Origin: Candidatus Acidifodinimicrobium sp.
Lineage (GTDB): Archaea; Nanobdellota; Nanobdellia; Parvarchaeales; Parvarchaeaceae
NCBI GenBank assembly: GCA_049967035.1
Contig: JBMFTM010000002.1
Span: 1-34,937, forward strand
DNA length: 34,937 bases
Direction: 5' to 3'
How positions within the stretch are numbered: the stretch's first letter is position 1; every line of letters starts with the position of its first letter. Positions 8,497 to 18,056 of the stretch are shown here, one piece after another. The notes under the pieces were generated by a model. It was not told the DNA's origin. It was given only the letters and a program-made list of their open reading frames with translations, and did no database searches. Both the position numbers and the translations under genes were made by a program.

Positions 8497-9031
8497 TCCT
8501 TAAAGTTTTGTCCTTGAAGCCGTTTCTCTCGTTTTCATACCTATAAAGTACATAGAGCAAAGAAGACAGTCTGTTCATGTAGCTTAAAATTTCTCCGTAT
8601 TTGGTGACCTTTACAATCGATCTCTCCGCCTTCCTTGCTAAAGTCCTGCAAATGTTGATCAAGATAGCCGCTTCCGTCCCAAATGGATAAACAAAGCTTT
8701 TGATAGGCTTTATCTTCTTAGCGTAAAGATCTATCAACCTTTCAAGGTCTTTCGTTTTTCTCTCTGAGAATACGTTGCCTTCAAAGCCCGCGATTACAGC
8801 GTTCAGCAGGTACAGGTCATACACTATTTGTTCAATGATAGCTCTGATCTCCTTATCCTTTGTTTTTCCCCAAGCGTAGCCGAGGAAAGCTTGCAATTCA
8901 TCTATATCCCCCACAGCCTGGATTAAGTCCGAATCTTTGCTGACCTTGTTTTTTAAAGTGTATGAGTATCCGTTGTCTCCCCTGCCTGTGTAATACGACA
9001 CTCCCTTACTGCTCATGCTCCTCGCTTTCAT
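8489..9031 (-). CDS. ATP:cob(I)alamin adenosyltransferase, PduO type
   Basis: 180 aa. YTGRGDNGYS N-terminus, GDIDELQAFLG, ARKAERS and YMNRLSSLLY are hallmark PduO/MMAB blocks. The 3' end overlaps rpl10e convergently by 8 nt. An internal start at MSSKG is possible. Confidence 0.85.
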   Translation of the reverse strand: MKARSMSSKGVSYYTGRGDNGYSYTLKNKVSKDSDLIQAVGDIDELQAFLGYAWGKTKDKEIRAIIEQIVYDLYLLNAVIAGFEGNVFSERKTKDLERLIDLYAKKIKPIKSFVYPFGTEAAILINICRTLARKAERSIVKVTKYGEILSYMNRLSSLLYVLYRYENERNGFKDKTLRIR

Positions 9032-9362
9032 CGCCCTCTTTTTCCGGGTTTGATAATAGATAATATTTCGATTTTCTTCTTATCCCATCTATGTATACCC
9101 TGAAGAGATCATAAGATAGATGGTAGTAGACCTCCTTTCCATTTCTCTCTGATACTAGTATCTTGTCAAACATCGGCGATATTATAGTGTAGAAGTGCTT
9201 TTTTCCAGCCGAAGAATTTAAGTCAGTCCCGAGGAGATTGGCCAATTCGTCTCTCTTAACAGACCCTTTCTCCCGCAGATAGTCTATCACCTTTCTTGCC
9301 TCCGGATAAAGCCGCACAGATTTTGGGTGCGTCCCGTATACCAGTCGCAATAGATCATCCAT
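9006..9362 (-). CDS. Hypothetical winged-helix DNA-binding protein
   Basis: 118 aa. VIDYLREKGSVKRDELANLLG then ILVSERNGKEVYYHLS looks like an HTH plus wing. Acidic C-terminus. Overlaps the downstream adenosyltransferase gene. Confidence 0.45.
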   Translation of the reverse strand: MDDLLRLVYGTHPKSVRLYPEARKVIDYLREKGSVKRDELANLLGTDLNSSAGKKHFYTIISPMFDKILVSERNGKEVYYHLSYDLFRVYIDGIRRKSKYYLLSNPEKEGDESEEHEQ

Positions 9363-9447
9363 ATCATTACTAATGACTTCATAGATTTAAATGTAAAATC
9401 ATAAGAATTTTAAAAGTATTTTAATTAGAACTTTCTCTCTAAGTCTA

Positions 9448-9660
9448 ATGTTAATCGGAAAAAATGTATATATAGAGGATTTGAATATTAATGGGAAAGT
9501 AGTAGATGAAACTAAGAATACTCTCCTGTTGGAGACGGAAAAAGGGAGGAAGAGGGTTATAAAAGCAGGTAGGAAAATCATTATATACTTAAATGGTAAA
9601 GAGATTAGAATCCGAGGTGATGAATTAAACTTTAGGCCGTGGGAATATGCGATACGATGA
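9448..9660 (+). CDS. rnp1: RNase P protein component 1 (Rpp29/Pop4), minimal form
   Basis: 70 aa. GKVVDETKNTLLLET...RVIKAG...IRIRGDEL..RPWE matches the Rpp29 Sm-like barrel pattern. It sits in the conserved position directly before S17. Confidence 0.8.
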   Translation: MLIGKNVYIEDLNINGKVVDETKNTLLLETEKGRKRVIKAGRKIIIYLNGKEIRIRGDELNFRPWEYAIR

Positions 9661-9958
9661 CCTGGTTAAACCAGATGTAGAATGTAGGGACAAGAACTGC
9701 CCATATCATGGCACCCTGAAGGTGCATGGAAGCAGGTTTGAAGGCGTGGTAGTCTCGGCCAAATCAAAGAGGACAGCAGTCGTCCAGTGGATCAACTTTG
9801 AAAGACTGAAGAAATATGATGTTTACAGGGAGAAGAAGACGAGGGTGCTTGCGCACAACCCAGACTGCATATCGGCTAAGGTAAACGATAGAGTGGTCAT
9901 ATATGAGACCAGGCCGCTCAGCAGGTGGAAAAAATTCGTGATAGTGAGGAGATTATAA
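9647..9958 (+). CDS. rps17: 30S ribosomal protein S17 (uS17)
   Basis: 103 aa. CRDKNCPYHGTLKVHG, TAVV, AHNPDC and ETRPLSRWKKF. Operon position supports the call. Confidence 0.95.
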   Translation: MRYDDLVKPDVECRDKNCPYHGTLKVHGSRFEGVVVSAKSKRTAVVQWINFERLKKYDVYREKKTRVLAHNPDCISAKVNDRVVIYETRPLSRWKKFVIVRRL

Positions 9959-9959
9959 G

Positions 9960-10391
9960 ATGGGAACAGGAAGGAAGGGCGGAGGGTTGAAGCCGATGAA
10001 GGCTGCGATATCCAAGCCCATAAACGTCGGAAGCTACATATCAGTGGCTGACAACTCCGGGGCTAAGATAGCTAAGGTGATAAACGTCAGAGGGTATCAC
10101 GGAGTGAAAGGCAGGCAGCCCAGATGCGGCGTTGGTGACACCGTTTTCATAGTGGTTAAGAAGGGAAACCAAGATGTGATCCATAAGACTTTCCCAGCTG
10201 TCATAATAAGGCAGAAGAAGGTGTTCAGAAGGCTCAATGGTCTAAGGCTGTCATTCGAAGACAATGCATGCGTGCTTGTGAAGGAAACAGACAAGTATGA
10301 GCCTTTGGGCACAACGATAAAGGGGCCTATACCAAGGGAGATATCAATAAGGTTTCCAAATGTAGCAAAGGTGGCTTTTAAGATCGTATGA
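9960..10391 (+). CDS. rpl14: 50S ribosomal protein L14 (uL14)
   Basis: 143 aa. VADNSGAK motif. Operon position supports the call. Confidence 0.95.
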   Translation: MGTGRKGGGLKPMKAAISKPINVGSYISVADNSGAKIAKVINVRGYHGVKGRQPRCGVGDTVFIVVKKGNQDVIHKTFPAVIIRQKKVFRRLNGLRLSFEDNACVLVKETDKYEPLGTTIKGPIPREISIRFPNVAKVAFKIV

Positions 10392-10777
10392 AAGAGTTCA
10401 GTAAGCATTGGAAAGGGAGCAAATCGCCTCGTAAGCAGAGGAAGTATAGAGCCAATGCTCCGCTTCATTTAAAGCATAAGATGCTCTCCGCACATCTGTC
10501 AAAAGAGCTGAGGCAGCAGTACCGCACAAGATCCTTTCCGATCAGGAAAGGCGACACCGTGGTAATCATGAGGGGCAAATTCAAGGGTTCAGAGGGGAAG
10601 ATAGAGAAAGTCTATACTAAGCAGTTAAGAGTCACTGTTGATAGCGCAAAGATAACGAGCAAGAAAGGTACAAAGATACCCATAAAGATCAGGCCTTCGG
10701 CCCTATTAATAAAGGAGCTGAGCATGTCTGATAAGCTTAGGGAGAAGGGCATACAGAAATATGGTAAAGCACGGTGA
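10388..10777 (+). CDS. rpl24: 50S ribosomal protein L24 (uL24)
   Basis: 129 aa. KQRKYRANAPLH and the KOW motif IRKGDTVVIMRGKFKGSEGKI. Confidence 0.95.
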   Translation: MKEFSKHWKGSKSPRKQRKYRANAPLHLKHKMLSAHLSKELRQQYRTRSFPIRKGDTVVIMRGKFKGSEGKIEKVYTKQLRVTVDSAKITSKKGTKIPIKIRPSALLIKELSMSDKLREKGIQKYGKAR

Positions 10778-11423
10778 GTCGAAGCATGTGAAGAGAAGCG
10801 CTGTGACGAGCAGAGTGGTCATACCGAGGAAGAAATACAAGTATTACTTCAGGCCGATTCCAAGTTCGCACAAGAAGCAGTATTCAATAGCGCTGGCGGG
10901 ATTTTTGAGAGACATCATGAAAATAGCAAGCAACGCAAGGGAAGCGAATTTCCTCATAAAGCAGGGCTATGTAAAGGTAGATGGGAAGACCATAAAGGAC
11001 AGGAAGAGAGAGATAGGTTTCGGCGATTTAATCTCGGTAAACGGCAAAAGCTTCAAAGTTTGGCTTGATGAAAGGGGCAAGCTTGTCTCCGTCCCAGATG
11101 ACGAAGGCGTAGGGAAAAAGAAACTCAAGGTGATATCAAAGCACTACGACAAAGGCGGTGTCCAGATCTTATCATTAAGCGATGGCTCCAACGTGAAGAT
11201 GGGCGAGAAAAATGTCAGCGTGAACGACTCTATAATCATAGATTTAAATACAAAGAAGATAGAAAAAGTTCTGCCAATGGAGCAAGGGAAAGAGATAATA
11301 ATCTTCATGGGGAAGAACGCCGGGAAGGTCGGGAAGATAAGGGAGATAGCTGGCAGTGAAGTAGAGCTGGAAACGAAGGAAGGGAAGATAAAAGCGAACA
11401 TAGATTCGTGTATGGTGTTATGA
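10761..11423 (+). CDS. rps4e: 30S ribosomal protein S4e (eS4)
   Basis: 220 aa. HVKR N-terminus, S4 domain, C-terminal KOW. Operon position supports the call. Confidence 0.92.
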   Translation: MVKHGESKHVKRSAVTSRVVIPRKKYKYYFRPIPSSHKKQYSIALAGFLRDIMKIASNAREANFLIKQGYVKVDGKTIKDRKREIGFGDLISVNGKSFKVWLDERGKLVSVPDDEGVGKKKLKVISKHYDKGGVQILSLSDGSNVKMGEKNVSVNDSIIIDLNTKKIEKVLPMEQGKEIIIFMGKNAGKVGKIREIAGSEVELETKEGKIKANIDSCMVL

Positions 11424-11935
11424 ACAAGGATAACAAGATGCGTAACATAAGGATTGAGAAGGTCACGCTAAACATAGGCGTAGGCAAAGCAGGCGATGAA
11501 TTGGAGAAGGTGCAGAATCTCCTGAGGAACATATCAGGCGCTAAGCCGTTCAAGACAAAATCCAAACGCAGGATACCGGAGTGGGGGATCAGGCCCGGAT
11601 TGGACATAGGCACCGCTGTAACGCTTAGAGGCAAGGCAGCGGAGGAGATCCTTGGCAGACTTCTTGAAGGCGTAGACAGGAAGTTAAGCAAGTCAAAGTT
11701 TGATAAGAGCGGAAATTTCTCCTTTGGTATACCGGAATATGTTCATATTCCTGGCGCCAAGTATGATTACACTGTCGGCATAGTTGGATTGTCGGCTGCT
11801 GTCACACTTTCAAGGCCGGGTTTCAGCATATCCAGGAAAAGAGTGAAAAGAAAGGTCGGCAGTAGCCACAGGATAACAAAGGAGGAAGCCATAGAGTTTA
11901 TATCTAAAAAGTATAATCTACAGGTGTCGGATTGA
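11408..11935 (+). CDS. rpl5: 50S ribosomal protein L5 (uL5)
   Basis: 175 aa. IEKVTLNIGVG and GNFSFGIPE blocks. Confidence 0.95.
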   Translation: MYGVMNKDNKMRNIRIEKVTLNIGVGKAGDELEKVQNLLRNISGAKPFKTKSKRRIPEWGIRPGLDIGTAVTLRGKAAEEILGRLLEGVDRKLSKSKFDKSGNFSFGIPEYVHIPGAKYDYTVGIVGLSAAVTLSRPGFSISRKRVKRKVGSSHRITKEEAIEFISKKYNLQVSD

Positions 11936-11936
11936 T

Positions 11937-12173
11937 ATGGAAAACGCATACGAGAGGATATTGAATTCATTGCAGAACAAGCCTGTCAAGCGGGCTAGAA
12001 TGATGAGGTTCAACAAGCCGAAGGAAAGGCCATACGGGCTGGGGAAGAACAGGTGCGTAAGGTGCAATCGGCATGAGGCTCACATAAAAATACACGGCTT
12101 AAACTACTGCAGGGAATGCTTCAAAGAGGTCAGCAAAGAGATGGGCTTCAAGAAGTACGGTAAGGAGGTTTGA
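11937..12173 (+). CDS. rps14: 30S ribosomal protein S14 type Z (uS14), zinc-binding
   Basis: CVRC...CREC zinc ribbon and GFKKYG tail. The 78-aa model has a 21-aa N-terminal extension. The alternative ATG at 12000 gives a more typical 57 aa. Confidence 0.9.
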   Translation: MENAYERILNSLQNKPVKRARMMRFNKPKERPYGLGKNRCVRCNRHEAHIKIHGLNYCRECFKEVSKEMGFKKYGKEV

Positions 12174-12179
12174 TCAAAT

Positions 12180-12566
12180 ATGACAGACCAAATTTCAAAC
12201 GCCTTGAATGTTATGTACACTTCGAAGGTATCTGCCAAGAAAGAGTGCATAATAACTCCGATGTCGAATTTCATCCTAAAGATATTAGATATAATGAAAG
12301 AGGGCGGGTATATAGACAAATACGAGGTCATAAACGATGCGAGGGGCGGGTTCATAAAAGTCACAATGAATGAGAACCTCAATAAGTGCAAATCTATCAG
12401 GCCAAGGCTTCCCGTGAAGGTGAACGAGATACAGAAATATGAGGAGAGGTTTCTCCCTGCGATAGGTTTTGGCATGCTCATACTCTCAACCAGCAAGGGA
12501 TTGATGACAAATGCAGAGGCCAGGAAGAATGGTATTGGAGGTAGTCTTATAGCTTATGTCTACTAA
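12180..12566 (+). CDS. rps8: 30S ribosomal protein S8 (uS8)
   Basis: 128 aa. DQISNALNVMYTS N-terminus and GGSLIAYVY C-terminus. Confidence 0.95.
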   Translation: MTDQISNALNVMYTSKVSAKKECIITPMSNFILKILDIMKEGGYIDKYEVINDARGGFIKVTMNENLNKCKSIRPRLPVKVNEIQKYEERFLPAIGFGMLILSTSKGLMTNAEARKNGIGGSLIAYVY

Positions 12567-13080
12567 ATTTTCCACGCAGCTTGACGGCGCGGATGTGAAG
12601 ATAGAAGGCGGAGAGATAATCGTTAGCGGCCCAAAGGGAGAGATGAGGGCGAAGATTGTCTACTCTTTTCTGTCTGTAAAGAAAGAAGGAGACACAATAT
12701 ATATAGAATGCAAGAAAGACACTGACTACCAGAAGGCAATAGCTGGGGCTTTAAATGCGCAGGTTCGGAACATGATAAAAGGGGTAAAGGATGGTTATGT
12801 GGCGGAGCTGGAGCTGGTTTATACACATTTCCCAGCCTCGATGAAGCTTGTCTCCAACAAGCTGGTGGTTGAGAACTTCGTCGGCGAGAGGAAAGCAAGA
12901 GAGATATCACTTCCGAACGATGTGAAAGCGAAAGTCCAGGGGACAAAGATAACCTTGGAGGGAATAGACAAATACAAGGTTGGACAGGTCGCAGGCACGA
13001 TAGAGAAAAAAGTTCAAATAAAAAACAAGGATAGAAGAGTATTCAAGGATGGGATATTCATAGTAAAGAAGCCGGAGTGA
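12556..13080 (+). CDS. rpl6: 50S ribosomal protein L6 (uL6)
   Basis: 174 aa with the two-repeat L6 pattern. Operon position supports the call. Confidence 0.93.
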   Translation: MSTKFSTQLDGADVKIEGGEIIVSGPKGEMRAKIVYSFLSVKKEGDTIYIECKKDTDYQKAIAGALNAQVRNMIKGVKDGYVAELELVYTHFPASMKLVSNKLVVENFVGERKAREISLPNDVKAKVQGTKITLEGIDKYKVGQVAGTIEKKVQIKNKDRRVFKDGIFIVKKPE

Positions 13081-13436
13081 ATATGGAGTTTAAAAAGAGA
13101 GATTCAAGCAAGCTGAAAAGATTGGGCTTTTCATGGAGAAAGCCAAGAGGCAAGAAGAACAGAACAAGGCTGGGGCACAAGGGCCATGCGCCTATCCCCT
13201 CAAAGGGTTTTAAAGGTAACAGCTCGAGCAGGTTCAAGATAAGCGGTTTGCAGCCGGTCTTGGTGAGGTCTATGATGGACATAGCAGGCTTGGATAAAGA
13301 CAAGAACATTGCGATAATAGCCGGCTCAATTGGGGCGCTGAAGAGAAATAAGATATTGGATGAGTGTAAAACAAAAGGAATAAAGGTATTGAACTATGGT
13401 AAGCGGACTGAAGACACAGAGAAGATTAGCAAGTGA
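13077..13436 (+). CDS. rpl32e: 50S ribosomal protein L32e (eL32)
   Basis: 119 aa. FSWRKPRGKKNRTRLGHKGHAPIPSKGF. Confidence 0.92.
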   Translation: MNMEFKKRDSSKLKRLGFSWRKPRGKKNRTRLGHKGHAPIPSKGFKGNSSSRFKISGLQPVLVRSMMDIAGLDKDKNIAIIAGSIGALKRNKILDECKTKGIKVLNYGKRTEDTEKISK

Positions 13437-13866
13437 GATACTCGGTGTGGGCGAGAACAGAGTCTGGATAGACCCATCGAAATACAAGGACATAAAGAGC
13501 GCATTAACAAGGGAAGACATCAGCAGCTTGATAGACAAAGGCGTTATAAAGAAAAGGAATGAAAACTTCCAATCGAGGGGCAGGAGCAGGGAGCTTAGTC
13601 TGAAAAAATCAAAGGGAAGAAGGAGAGGGATGGGCAGCAGGAAAGGGAAGGCACATGCAAGGTCAGGATTCGACTGGAGGTACAAGGTTAGGGCGCTCAG
13701 AGCCGAATTAAGATCACAGTTGGAAAAGGGCAATATCGACAAGAAAACGTTTAGGAAGCTCTATATAAAGGTGAAAGGCAATAGCTTCCACAGCGTATCG
13801 CACCTTAGAAATTATATAAGTGAAACCGTGAAGGGTAAAGGAGCAAGTTATGATGAGAAAAAATAA
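13396..13866 (+). CDS. rpl19e: 50S ribosomal protein L19e (eL19)
   Basis: 156 aa. LKTQRRLASEILGVGENRVWIDP N-terminus. Overlaps rpl32e by 41 nt. Confidence 0.93.
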   Translation: MVSGLKTQRRLASEILGVGENRVWIDPSKYKDIKSALTREDISSLIDKGVIKKRNENFQSRGRSRELSLKKSKGRRRGMGSRKGKAHARSGFDWRYKVRALRAELRSQLEKGNIDKKTFRKLYIKVKGNSFHSVSHLRNYISETVKGKGASYDEKK

Positions 13867-14368
13867 GACCACTAACTACCGCGCTAGGCTTGGCATGCTT
13901 AAATCTAGGCTACCGAGGCTTGTAGTAAGGAAGACAAACAGCATGATCATAGGCCAGATAGTAGAGTATGGCGAGAGCGGTGACAAAACATTGGCTGCGG
14001 TGTACAGCAAGGAATTAAGGTCGTACGGCTGGAACTTCGGCCTTAAGAACTCACCAGCTGCTTATCTCTCTGGCTTCCTGCTTGGAAAGAAATCGAGCGC
14101 AAAAGAGGCCATACTTGACAAGGGGACTAGGACACTTAAGAAGGACAGCTTCATATACTATTTCATGAAGGGGGCGAGCGATGCGGGGATAGACGTGCAC
14201 ACAAAGGAATTTGACATCACAGAGGACAGGCTATCCGGGAAGCATATAGTTGAGTACGCAAGCAAGGGAGTCACAGGCAATCAGTTTTCAGCTGTTGGAA
14301 AAACCATAAATAACATGAAAGATGAGTTTGATAATGTGCTTAAAAAGTTAAACGAATATGGAAAGTGA
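13850..14368 (+). CDS. rpl18: 50S ribosomal protein L18 (uL18)
   Basis: 172 aa. TNYRARL...PRLVVRKTNSMIIGQI. Confidence 0.93.
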   Translation: MMRKNKTTNYRARLGMLKSRLPRLVVRKTNSMIIGQIVEYGESGDKTLAAVYSKELRSYGWNFGLKNSPAAYLSGFLLGKKSSAKEAILDKGTRTLKKDSFIYYFMKGASDAGIDVHTKEFDITEDRLSGKHIVEYASKGVTGNQFSAVGKTINNMKDEFDNVLKKLNEYGK

Positions 14369-15086
14369 ACCTGAGAAGGAAATTGAAGCAGTGGAAGAGA
14401 GTAGGAAGGAAGGCTCCAAGACCTACAATTTCAGGACGGAGCTCGGTAGGAAAGTACTTTCAGGCGAGATAAAGGATATAGATGAGATATTCTCAAAGAA
14501 CCTCCCCATCCTGGAGGAAGGAATTGTAGACTATTTGATACCTGATCTAAAGACGGAATTTCTATACATAGGGCAGTCAAAGGGTAAGCTAGGCGGAGGA
14601 AAGAGAAGGATAGTCAAAAATACCCAGAAAGTCACAGCCGAAGGCAAAACCCAGCACTTCTCAGCCGTAGCTGTGGTAGGAGACGGAAGAGGACATATAG
14701 GCGTTGGCAAGGGAAGCGGACTTGAGTCTGTGATAGCAAAGGAGAAGGCAGCAAAGAAAGCCAAATTGAACATGATTAAGATAAAGTTCGGCTGCGGGAG
14801 CTGGGAGTGTACATGTCATGGAACGCACTCCATACCCTTCAAAGTTAGGGGGAAGAGCGGCTCAGTGAGGGTAGAGCTGATCCCGGCGCCAAAGGGGATA
14901 GGCCTGTGCGTTGCGGATGACATCAAGATAATAATGAGGCTGGCTGGAGTAAAGGATGTATGGTCAAAGGTAGAGGGTAAAGCGGGTACAAGGATAAACC
15001 TAGGCTACGCTGTCTTTGATGCGCTTCATTCACTCAGCCTTTTCAGGTACAGCAAGAGCGTTGCAGAGAATTTAGGTGTGAAGTGA
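14358..15086 (+). CDS. rps5: 30S ribosomal protein S5 (uS5)
   Basis: 242 aa. VVGDGRGHIGVGKG and PAPKGIGL blocks. Confidence 0.95.
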   Translation: MESEPEKEIEAVEESRKEGSKTYNFRTELGRKVLSGEIKDIDEIFSKNLPILEEGIVDYLIPDLKTEFLYIGQSKGKLGGGKRRIVKNTQKVTAEGKTQHFSAVAVVGDGRGHIGVGKGSGLESVIAKEKAAKKAKLNMIKIKFGCGSWECTCHGTHSIPFKVRGKSGSVRVELIPAPKGIGLCVADDIKIIMRLAGVKDVWSKVEGKAGTRINLGYAVFDALHSLSLFRYSKSVAENLGVK

Positions 15087-15089
15087 GAT

Positions 15090-15524
15090 ATGGAAAAGAT
15101 TTGCGCGGTAAGGATAAGATCGATCATAAGAGCTAACGCAAGCATCAGGCGCGCCATAGTTGCCTTGAATCTAAAGAAGCAGAACAATGCCGTCATACTC
15201 GACAAGAACCCCGCAATGATGGGGCTGCTCCGTCAAGCAGAGGGGGTCATTACGTACGGCGAATTGGACAAAGATACGGCGGCTAAATTGATAGGCAAGG
15301 CTTTGAAGAGAGAAGGCAAAAAGGTCGATGATTTGAATGCATTCATAGATTCATTTTTTGATGGAAAATCAAAGCTCCAGGACATTGGGTTGAAGAACGT
15401 TTTTAGGCTGCACCCGCCCAGGGGAGGCTTTGGCAGGAAAGGCAAGGACGTGCCCTTTCAAGTCGGAGGGAGCATAGGCTATAGAAAGGAGAAAATAAAC
15501 GATTTATTGAACAGGATGATGTAG
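15090..15524 (+). CDS. rpl30: 50S ribosomal protein L30 (uL30)
   Basis: 144 aa. AVRIRS...ALNLKKQNNAV...MMGLLRQAEGVITYGE. Confidence 0.9.
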   Translation: MEKICAVRIRSIIRANASIRRAIVALNLKKQNNAVILDKNPAMMGLLRQAEGVITYGELDKDTAAKLIGKALKREGKKVDDLNAFIDSFFDGKSKLQDIGLKNVFRLHPPRGGFGRKGKDVPFQVGGSIGYRKEKINDLLNRMM

Positions 15525-15531
15525 GTATAAT

Positions 15532-15933
15532 ATGAAGAGCAGGAAATTAAGAGGCAGTTCGACAGCAGGCAGAGGCTCAGGCAAGAGATCAAGGAGCGGA
15601 GCCGGCCTCAGAGGCGGAAGAGGAAGGGCTGGCGGTGGGAAGAGGGGGCAGCAGAAATTTGCATCGATAAAGTTCTACATAAAGGAGACAAAGGCAAAGA
15701 AGAAGATGCCTTTGAATCTTTCATATCTGCAGTCTCATCTTGATAAGCTGAAGGAAGCAGGGATAATCGAAGAGAAAGAAGGAAAGCTGGCGGTCGATTT
15801 GAGTAAGAGTGGAGTGTACACAAAAGTCTGTGGAAAATTCAAAGGCCAGGGACCGAAGCTTTCCGTTCACGGGAAGGTATCAGAGCGGGCAAAGGAAAGC
15901 ATACTTCAAAATGGCGGAGAAGTAAGCGAGTAG
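15532..15933 (+). CDS. rpl15: 50S ribosomal protein L15 (uL15)
   Basis: 133 aa with a Gly/Arg-rich N-terminus (GRGSGKRSRSGAGLRGGRGRAGGGKRG). Operon position supports the call. Confidence 0.9.
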   Translation: MKSRKLRGSSTAGRGSGKRSRSGAGLRGGRGRAGGGKRGQQKFASIKFYIKETKAKKKMPLNLSYLQSHLDKLKEAGIIEEKEGKLAVDLSKSGVYTKVCGKFKGQGPKLSVHGKVSERAKESILQNGGEVSE

Positions 15934-15936
15934 GAT

Positions 15937-17334
15937 ATGAATGAGAAGTTGAAGAATTTCTTATCGAATCTGCCTTCAATACCAGTGCCAGAAGTAAAAT
16001 TGACGCTCAAGACAAAGCTTTTTTGGACGTTGGTGATGCTCCTGCTTTTCATAGTGATGTCATTCACCCCGCTTTTTGGAGTGAGCAAGACCTACAGCCT
16101 GAATTTTGAAATTCTTCAGGTCCTTCTTGCATCGCATTTCGGTTCATTGCTTTCTCTTGGTATAGGCCCGATAGTCAGTGCGAGCATAATCATACAGATG
16201 CTTCAAGGTACTGATATAATACATATAGACACAAGCACAAGGGAGGGGAGAGTCATATTCCAAGGCATACAGAAGATCTCAGCGATAGCATTTGTGATAA
16301 TAGAGAATGCAGTCTATGTTTTCAGCGGCGCGATAGCCCCTGCTGGCCCAGGGTGGTTTTACCCCACCATTATGCTTATACAGCTGATAGCCGCCGGGAT
16401 AGTTCTTATATTCATGGATGAAATCACTAGCAAGTGGGGTATCGGTTCGGGCATAAGCCTCTTCATACTTGCTGGGATATCCCTACAGCTAATAAACACC
16501 ACCTTCAACCCGTTCATATCGCCGGCCGGGGCAATACCTTCTATAATAAGCTCTTTGATGTCCGGAGTTCCTCTTGATGCGCTGTTCCCAGTCATAGCCA
16601 TAATATCGACGGTAGCATTGTTCGCAGTGTCAATATGGCTTCAGGGCGTAAAAGTTGAGCTTCCACTCGCATTTGGAAGGCTCAGAGGCTACGCGATAAG
16701 GTGGCCCGTTGCGCTGTTCTACACGAGCATAATCCCAATAGTGTTGGTCGTTTCCCTTGTCGCAGGTGTGCAGTTTTTTGGTCTGGAGCTCTATCATCTA
16801 GGCATACCAATACTTGGAAAGTTCACGACTGAATCCACGATATTTGGAGTACAGCAGGTCCCAGTGAGTGGGATAGCGGCGTTTTTGTCCCCACCCAACA
16901 TCCAGCAGCTTTACATAAGTGCGACAACCACCGGAATAACAGCACTGCAGATCGAGTCCATGGTGATCTATACGCTTGTGTTGATGATAGGTGCAGCGAT
17001 CTTTTCCTACCTTTGGATATTCCTTGGCAGCCAAGATCCAAAATCAGTCGCATCGCAGCTGATATCCTCTGGCCTTTCTATGCCTGGATTTAGAAGGGAT
17101 GAGAGGGTCTTAACTGACATATTGAAGCGTTACATAATACCGCTTTCTTTGCTTGGGGGCGCAATAACAGGCATAATCGCAGCCCTTGCAACGTTCCTTG
17201 ACACCTTGACAGCAGGGATAGGAATACTACTTATAGTGATGATTGTATATCAATTCTATACGTCTCTTATGAATGAAAATGCCCAGGAGTTCAAGCCTAT
17301 AAAGGAGAAGCTGACTGGGGAGACGATGGAGTGA
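15937..17334 (+). CDS. secY: Preprotein translocase subunit SecY
   Basis: 465 aa, 10 TM helices, with the LGIGPIVSASIIIQML and GIGSGISLFI blocks. Follows L15 as in all spc operons. Confidence 0.95.
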   Translation: MNEKLKNFLSNLPSIPVPEVKLTLKTKLFWTLVMLLLFIVMSFTPLFGVSKTYSLNFEILQVLLASHFGSLLSLGIGPIVSASIIIQMLQGTDIIHIDTSTREGRVIFQGIQKISAIAFVIIENAVYVFSGAIAPAGPGWFYPTIMLIQLIAAGIVLIFMDEITSKWGIGSGISLFILAGISLQLINTTFNPFISPAGAIPSIISSLMSGVPLDALFPVIAIISTVALFAVSIWLQGVKVELPLAFGRLRGYAIRWPVALFYTSIIPIVLVVSLVAGVQFFGLELYHLGIPILGKFTTESTIFGVQQVPVSGIAAFLSPPNIQQLYISATTTGITALQIESMVIYTLVLMIGAAIFSYLWIFLGSQDPKSVASQLISSGLSMPGFRRDERVLTDILKRYIIPLSLLGGAITGIIAALATFLDTLTAGIGILLIVMIVYQFYTSLMNENAQEFKPIKEKLTGETME

Positions 17335-17339
17335 TTTGA

Positions 17340-18056
17340 ATGCTACTGGAAGCTTGGATAGTCATAATAACGGGGATACTTGTAGGCGCAGCCGGGCAGC
17401 TATCCTATCTCTTTTTGGTCGACCAAAACTTAATCCGAGACCTTAAGATAAAGATAAAGGAGCTTCAGACACAGCTGAGAGGCAAGAACAGAACAGATCC
17501 TGATTTCATGGAGCTCCAATCCCAGCTATTGAAGCACAACGCTACCATGATGAAGCACACTATGAAGCCAACCTATGTCACGTTTATCCCTTTTCTGATA
17601 ATCTTCTTTGTATTGGATTTCTATCTTTCAACTGTGCCGATTGCGATCGGACAGCCATTGCCCCTCTCGATATCAGGCACATTCAATGGTTCACTTTCTT
17701 CGGTTAATAAATGCCTAAGTTTGAATGGGGGATATAACACAACCCTGAAGGTAGTCAAGTCGCTGGACTTTAATTCCACAGTCAATTCAAATGACTGCAC
17801 TGCTCTCCTCTCTGCTTCAAATAAGACCTACAATGTATCTTTAACGGGACTGATAGGATCCAACACTCCCAAATCATACACATTGGGCCCAGCAAAGCTC
17901 ACTTTCACTCCAAACACACTTGTTATTTTCTACCTGCCTTTCTCGATACCGTTTTTAGGCAACCAGCTGAATTGGTTTTGGACCTATTTCATTCTGTCTT
18001 TGGTTACCTCAGTGGTTTTGAGGCAGATACTTGTCCGTTATAAGCTAATCTACTGA
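17340..18056 (+). CDS. DUF106 / EMC3-TMCO1-like membrane protein (archaeal YidC/Oxa1-like insertase) with an inserted extracytoplasmic segment
   Basis: 238 aa. TM1, a basic coiled-coil hairpin (IRDLKIKIKELQTQLRG...MMKHTMKP), TM2, then an insert of about 100 aa rich in Ser/Thr/Asn, then the conserved LPFSIPFLGNQLNWFWTYFILS TM3 region. Confidence 0.7.
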   Translation: MLLEAWIVIITGILVGAAGQLSYLFLVDQNLIRDLKIKIKELQTQLRGKNRTDPDFMELQSQLLKHNATMMKHTMKPTYVTFIPFLIIFFVLDFYLSTVPIAIGQPLPLSISGTFNGSLSSVNKCLSLNGGYNTTLKVVKSLDFNSTVNSNDCTALLSASNKTYNVSLTGLIGSNTPKSYTLGPAKLTFTPNTLVIFYLPFSIPFLGNQLNWFWTYFILSLVTSVVLRQILVRYKLIY

